Assembly: GCA_002705085.1 (NCBI GenBank)
Contig: PAHO01000045.1
Span: forward strand, 1-62,527
DNA from: Phycisphaerae bacterium
GTDB lineage: Bacteria; Planctomycetota; Phycisphaerae; Phycisphaerales; SM1A02
Direction: 5' to 3'
Length of the DNA stretch: 62,527 nt
Shown here: positions 60,535 through 62,527 of the stretch, in pieces
Position numbering within the stretch: the stretch's first letter is position 1
Layout of the letters: each line of letters begins with the position of its first letter
Notes under the pieces: model-generated
Databases searched by the model: none
What the model saw: only the letters and a program-made list of their open reading frames with translations
Told to the model about the DNA's origin: nothing
Position numbers and translations under genes: made by a program

Positions 60535-62193
60535 TTAGCCGGTGCAATCGCCCCAGACCCCAAGGAGGATGATGACATCATTGAAGTCAACCAGGCCGCT
60601 TCCGTCCAAGTCGGCCGCTCCCGGTTCGTCCCAACCCGACAACATGCTGACCAAGTCAGCAAAGTCGACCGAGCCATTGCCGTCCAGATCGGCCGGACAG
60701 TCGGTGGCGCAGGTGCTGGCGGTGCAATCTCCTCCCACCACTTCACCACCCACGGCAAGGCAGGTTGCGGGGACCAAGTCCACGCAGTTGCTTCCGGCCA
60801 GACAACATGCCCCAGGGGCACAGGCCAGATCGCATTCGGTGCCCAGTCCGGCGAAACTGCCGCCAGAAGTAGCACAGGCCTCAGGGGTCAGAACCGCACA
60901 ACTTGAACTGATGCAGCAGGCACCGGTGGTCGGCGGTGGGCAAGGCTGAGGATCACAGACTTCTCCAAACCCACCATTTCCTCCAGCGGCCGCACAGTCG
61001 GCGGGGAGCACTTGGGTGCAGGAGCCATTGCTAAAGCAGCAAGCTTGTGGTGTTGGAGGCACAGTGGTTCGAATCACAAACACTTCACCATTGGTGGAAC
61101 TGCTACCGCGGTCCAAAATGTACAAGTTCCCCTCGTTGTCTTCAGCAAAGGCCGAAATTCGGGAAATACCACCGACATCAGGTGCAAACGCCGAGGTGTG
61201 GTTGATCAACGAACCACCTTCAGGATTGATGCTCCAGATTTGGTTCGATGCGTAGTCAGCAAAGAAATAACGTCCATACAGGGACGCCACAGGTCCTCGG
61301 TACACCCGGCCCCCCGTGATCGAGATACCGGTCGAGTGGGAGTACGTGTGGACGGGAAAGGTGAGGGAGCTCTGCGAAGGACAACCTGAGGTGTTGTACG
61401 TGTTGTTGCCTTCGTAGCACCGCCAGCCGTAGTTCCGACCGCCTTCGCCCGCAGGCTCATAGTTCACTTCTTCCCAAGCGTTTTGGCCCACATCGGCCAT
61501 CACCATGGCACCGTTCAAACTGTCAAAGCAGCATTTCCAAGCGTTTCGAACGCCATAGCTCCAAATGGTGTCGTCGCCACTCACGCCCACGAAGGGGTTG
61601 TCGGAGGGGACGGTGTATCCGGTCGGGTTGTCGACATTGATGCGAAGGATTTTGCCAAGCTTTGTGTTGATGTTTTGAGCTCGGTTACCGGGGTCACCGC
61701 CCGATCCACCATCTCCCATGGAGAGGTAGAGGTAACCATCAACAGGAGAGAATTCCAACCAGCCTGCATTGTGGTTGGAGTAAGGCTGGCTGACGGTCAT
61801 CAAGATCTCTTCGCTGGAGGAACTGGCCGAGTCATCGTCATTCGCGGTGTAGCGTGCGATCACGGTGTTGCCAGAGTTGTTGGTGTAGTTCACGAAGAAC
61901 ATTCGGTTGGTGGCAAAGTCCGGGTGGAAGGCCAAACCAAGCAAGCCACCTTCACCGGTAAATGAGCCAACCTTGGAGTCGATGTTTAAGAATGTTCCTG
62001 AGACGCTGCCGTTGAGCGTGTCCACAATTTTGATGATGCCACGCTGTTCATGGACGTACAGACGGTTGACCGTCCCCGGAGCCGCTTCTGCGCCGATGGG
62101 GAAGTACAGGCCGTTGGTCACGCGAACAGATTCAAATTCTTGGGCCGAAGCAAGGCTGGAACAAGCGGCCAAAATGAGCAGGGAGCGAAGCAT
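60535..62193 (-). CDS. Secreted PQQ-dependent sugar/sorbosone dehydrogenase-family beta-propeller protein with Cys-rich linker and C-terminal dockerin repeat pair
   Basis: ORF 60535..62193 (-). AGGAG precedes the ATG. The signal peptide is MLRSLLILAACSSLASA. GSDH-family blocks are present (LGLAFHPDF; NHNAGWLEFSPVDGYLYLSMGDGG; GWRCYEG). A Cys-rich segment follows. The C-terminus is CPADLDGNGSVDFADLVSMLSGWDEPGAADLDGSGLVDFNDVIILLGVWG. Confidence 0.75.
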   Translation of the reverse strand: MLRSLLILAACSSLASAQEFESVRVTNGLYFPIGAEAAPGTVNRLYVHEQRGIIKIVDTLNGSVSGTFLNIDSKVGSFTGEGGLLGLAFHPDFATNRMFFVNYTNNSGNTVIARYTANDDDSASSSSEEILMTVSQPYSNHNAGWLEFSPVDGYLYLSMGDGGSGGDPGNRAQNINTKLGKILRINVDNPTGYTVPSDNPFVGVSGDDTIWSYGVRNAWKCCFDSLNGAMVMADVGQNAWEEVNYEPAGEGGRNYGWRCYEGNNTYNTSGCPSQSSLTFPVHTYSHSTGISITGGRVYRGPVASLYGRYFFADYASNQIWSINPEGGSLINHTSAFAPDVGGISRISAFAEDNEGNLYILDRGSSSTNGEVFVIRTTVPPTPQACCFSNGSCTQVLPADCAAAGGNGGFGEVCDPQPCPPPTTGACCISSSCAVLTPEACATSGGSFAGLGTECDLACAPGACCLAGSNCVDLVPATCLAVGGEVVGGDCTASTCATDCPADLDGNGSVDFADLVSMLSGWDEPGAADLDGSGLVDFNDVIILLGVWGDCTG

Positions 62194-62372
62194 GGATGGG
62201 AACTCCTAAAAATACAGGGGTGAGGTCCGACAATACGGCAAGGACCGTACCTCGGGTAGTCCAATTCTTCGCTTGAATCGTCTCGTGGATCCCTCGAGCG
62301 CCTGAAATTCTATTCAGACGAGCAATCTGGCCGTTATCGGGCATTTACGGGGGGTTTGGGCCGACAGAAATC

Positions 62373-62527
62373 ATGCTCTTGACGGGTAGGATGCGGCTTA
62401 TGCGGTATCCCTGGGCCATTTCCATCTTGATCCTAGGCTGCTCATCAGAATCGGCGAAAGATGAGTCGGCTGGCACGGGTTGGTCGGTTTTGAAGAATTT
62501 CTCACCGATTGTCACTCTGCCCCGAGA
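62373..62527 (+). CDS. 5' end of a putative lipoprotein gene running off the right edge of the window
   Basis: An open frame from the ATG at 62373 (alternative starts at 62391 and 62400) reads ...MRLMRYPWAISILILGCSSESAKDESAGTGW..., a lipobox signal peptide. No stop occurs before the window ends, so it is absent from the ORF track. Confidence 0.3.
   Translation, partial: MLLTGRMRLMRYPWAISILILGCSSESAKDESAGTGWSVLKNFSPIVTLPR

Overview
This 62.5-kb window appears to be a gene-dense chromosomal segment from a Planctomycetota (Pirellulales-like) genome. It is GC-rich by eye, though I did not compute GC. The phylum call rests on protein features: a co-directional DUF1592-family/DUF1552 pair, several dockerin-terminated secreted proteins, a TPR protein carrying two RNA polymerase alpha-CTD-like domains, a PEGA lipoprotein and many lipobox lipoproteins.

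The window is dominated by housekeeping genes: murJ (partial, at the left edge), parA-like, recO, dnaE, holB, lgt, trpD, dnaA, rsmJ, tsaC/sua5, ispF, rdgB, queF, nhaA, pepF, lspA, ispE and a Nif3 homolog. There are two stand-alone tRNA genes, tRNA-Ala(TGC) and tRNA-Ile(GAT). Among these sit signalling, envelope and secreted functions: an HDOD-GGDEF cyclase, a NodT-type efflux channel, a MATE transporter, a TlpA-like redoxin, SpoIID/LytB, an amidase_2, a Ser/Thr kinase, an NrtR-like Nudix regulator, a VWA protein and a group II PLP decarboxylase.

I found no CRISPR array, IS element, integrase or rRNA. Coding density is very high, with many 4-nt start/stop overlaps.

Non-coding signals worth a second look:
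- a 577-nt intergenic region (46053-46629) with an AT-rich promoter island and a ~370-nt leader ending in a hairpin plus U-tract just before the RBS of the VWA gene
- a long upstream region before queF in which I could not recognise a preQ1 riboswitch
- several strong intrinsic terminators, including one with no obvious gene to terminate
- weak DnaA-box-like motifs flanking dnaA

All functional calls below are from my own reading of the translated ORFs for family motifs. No database search was run.
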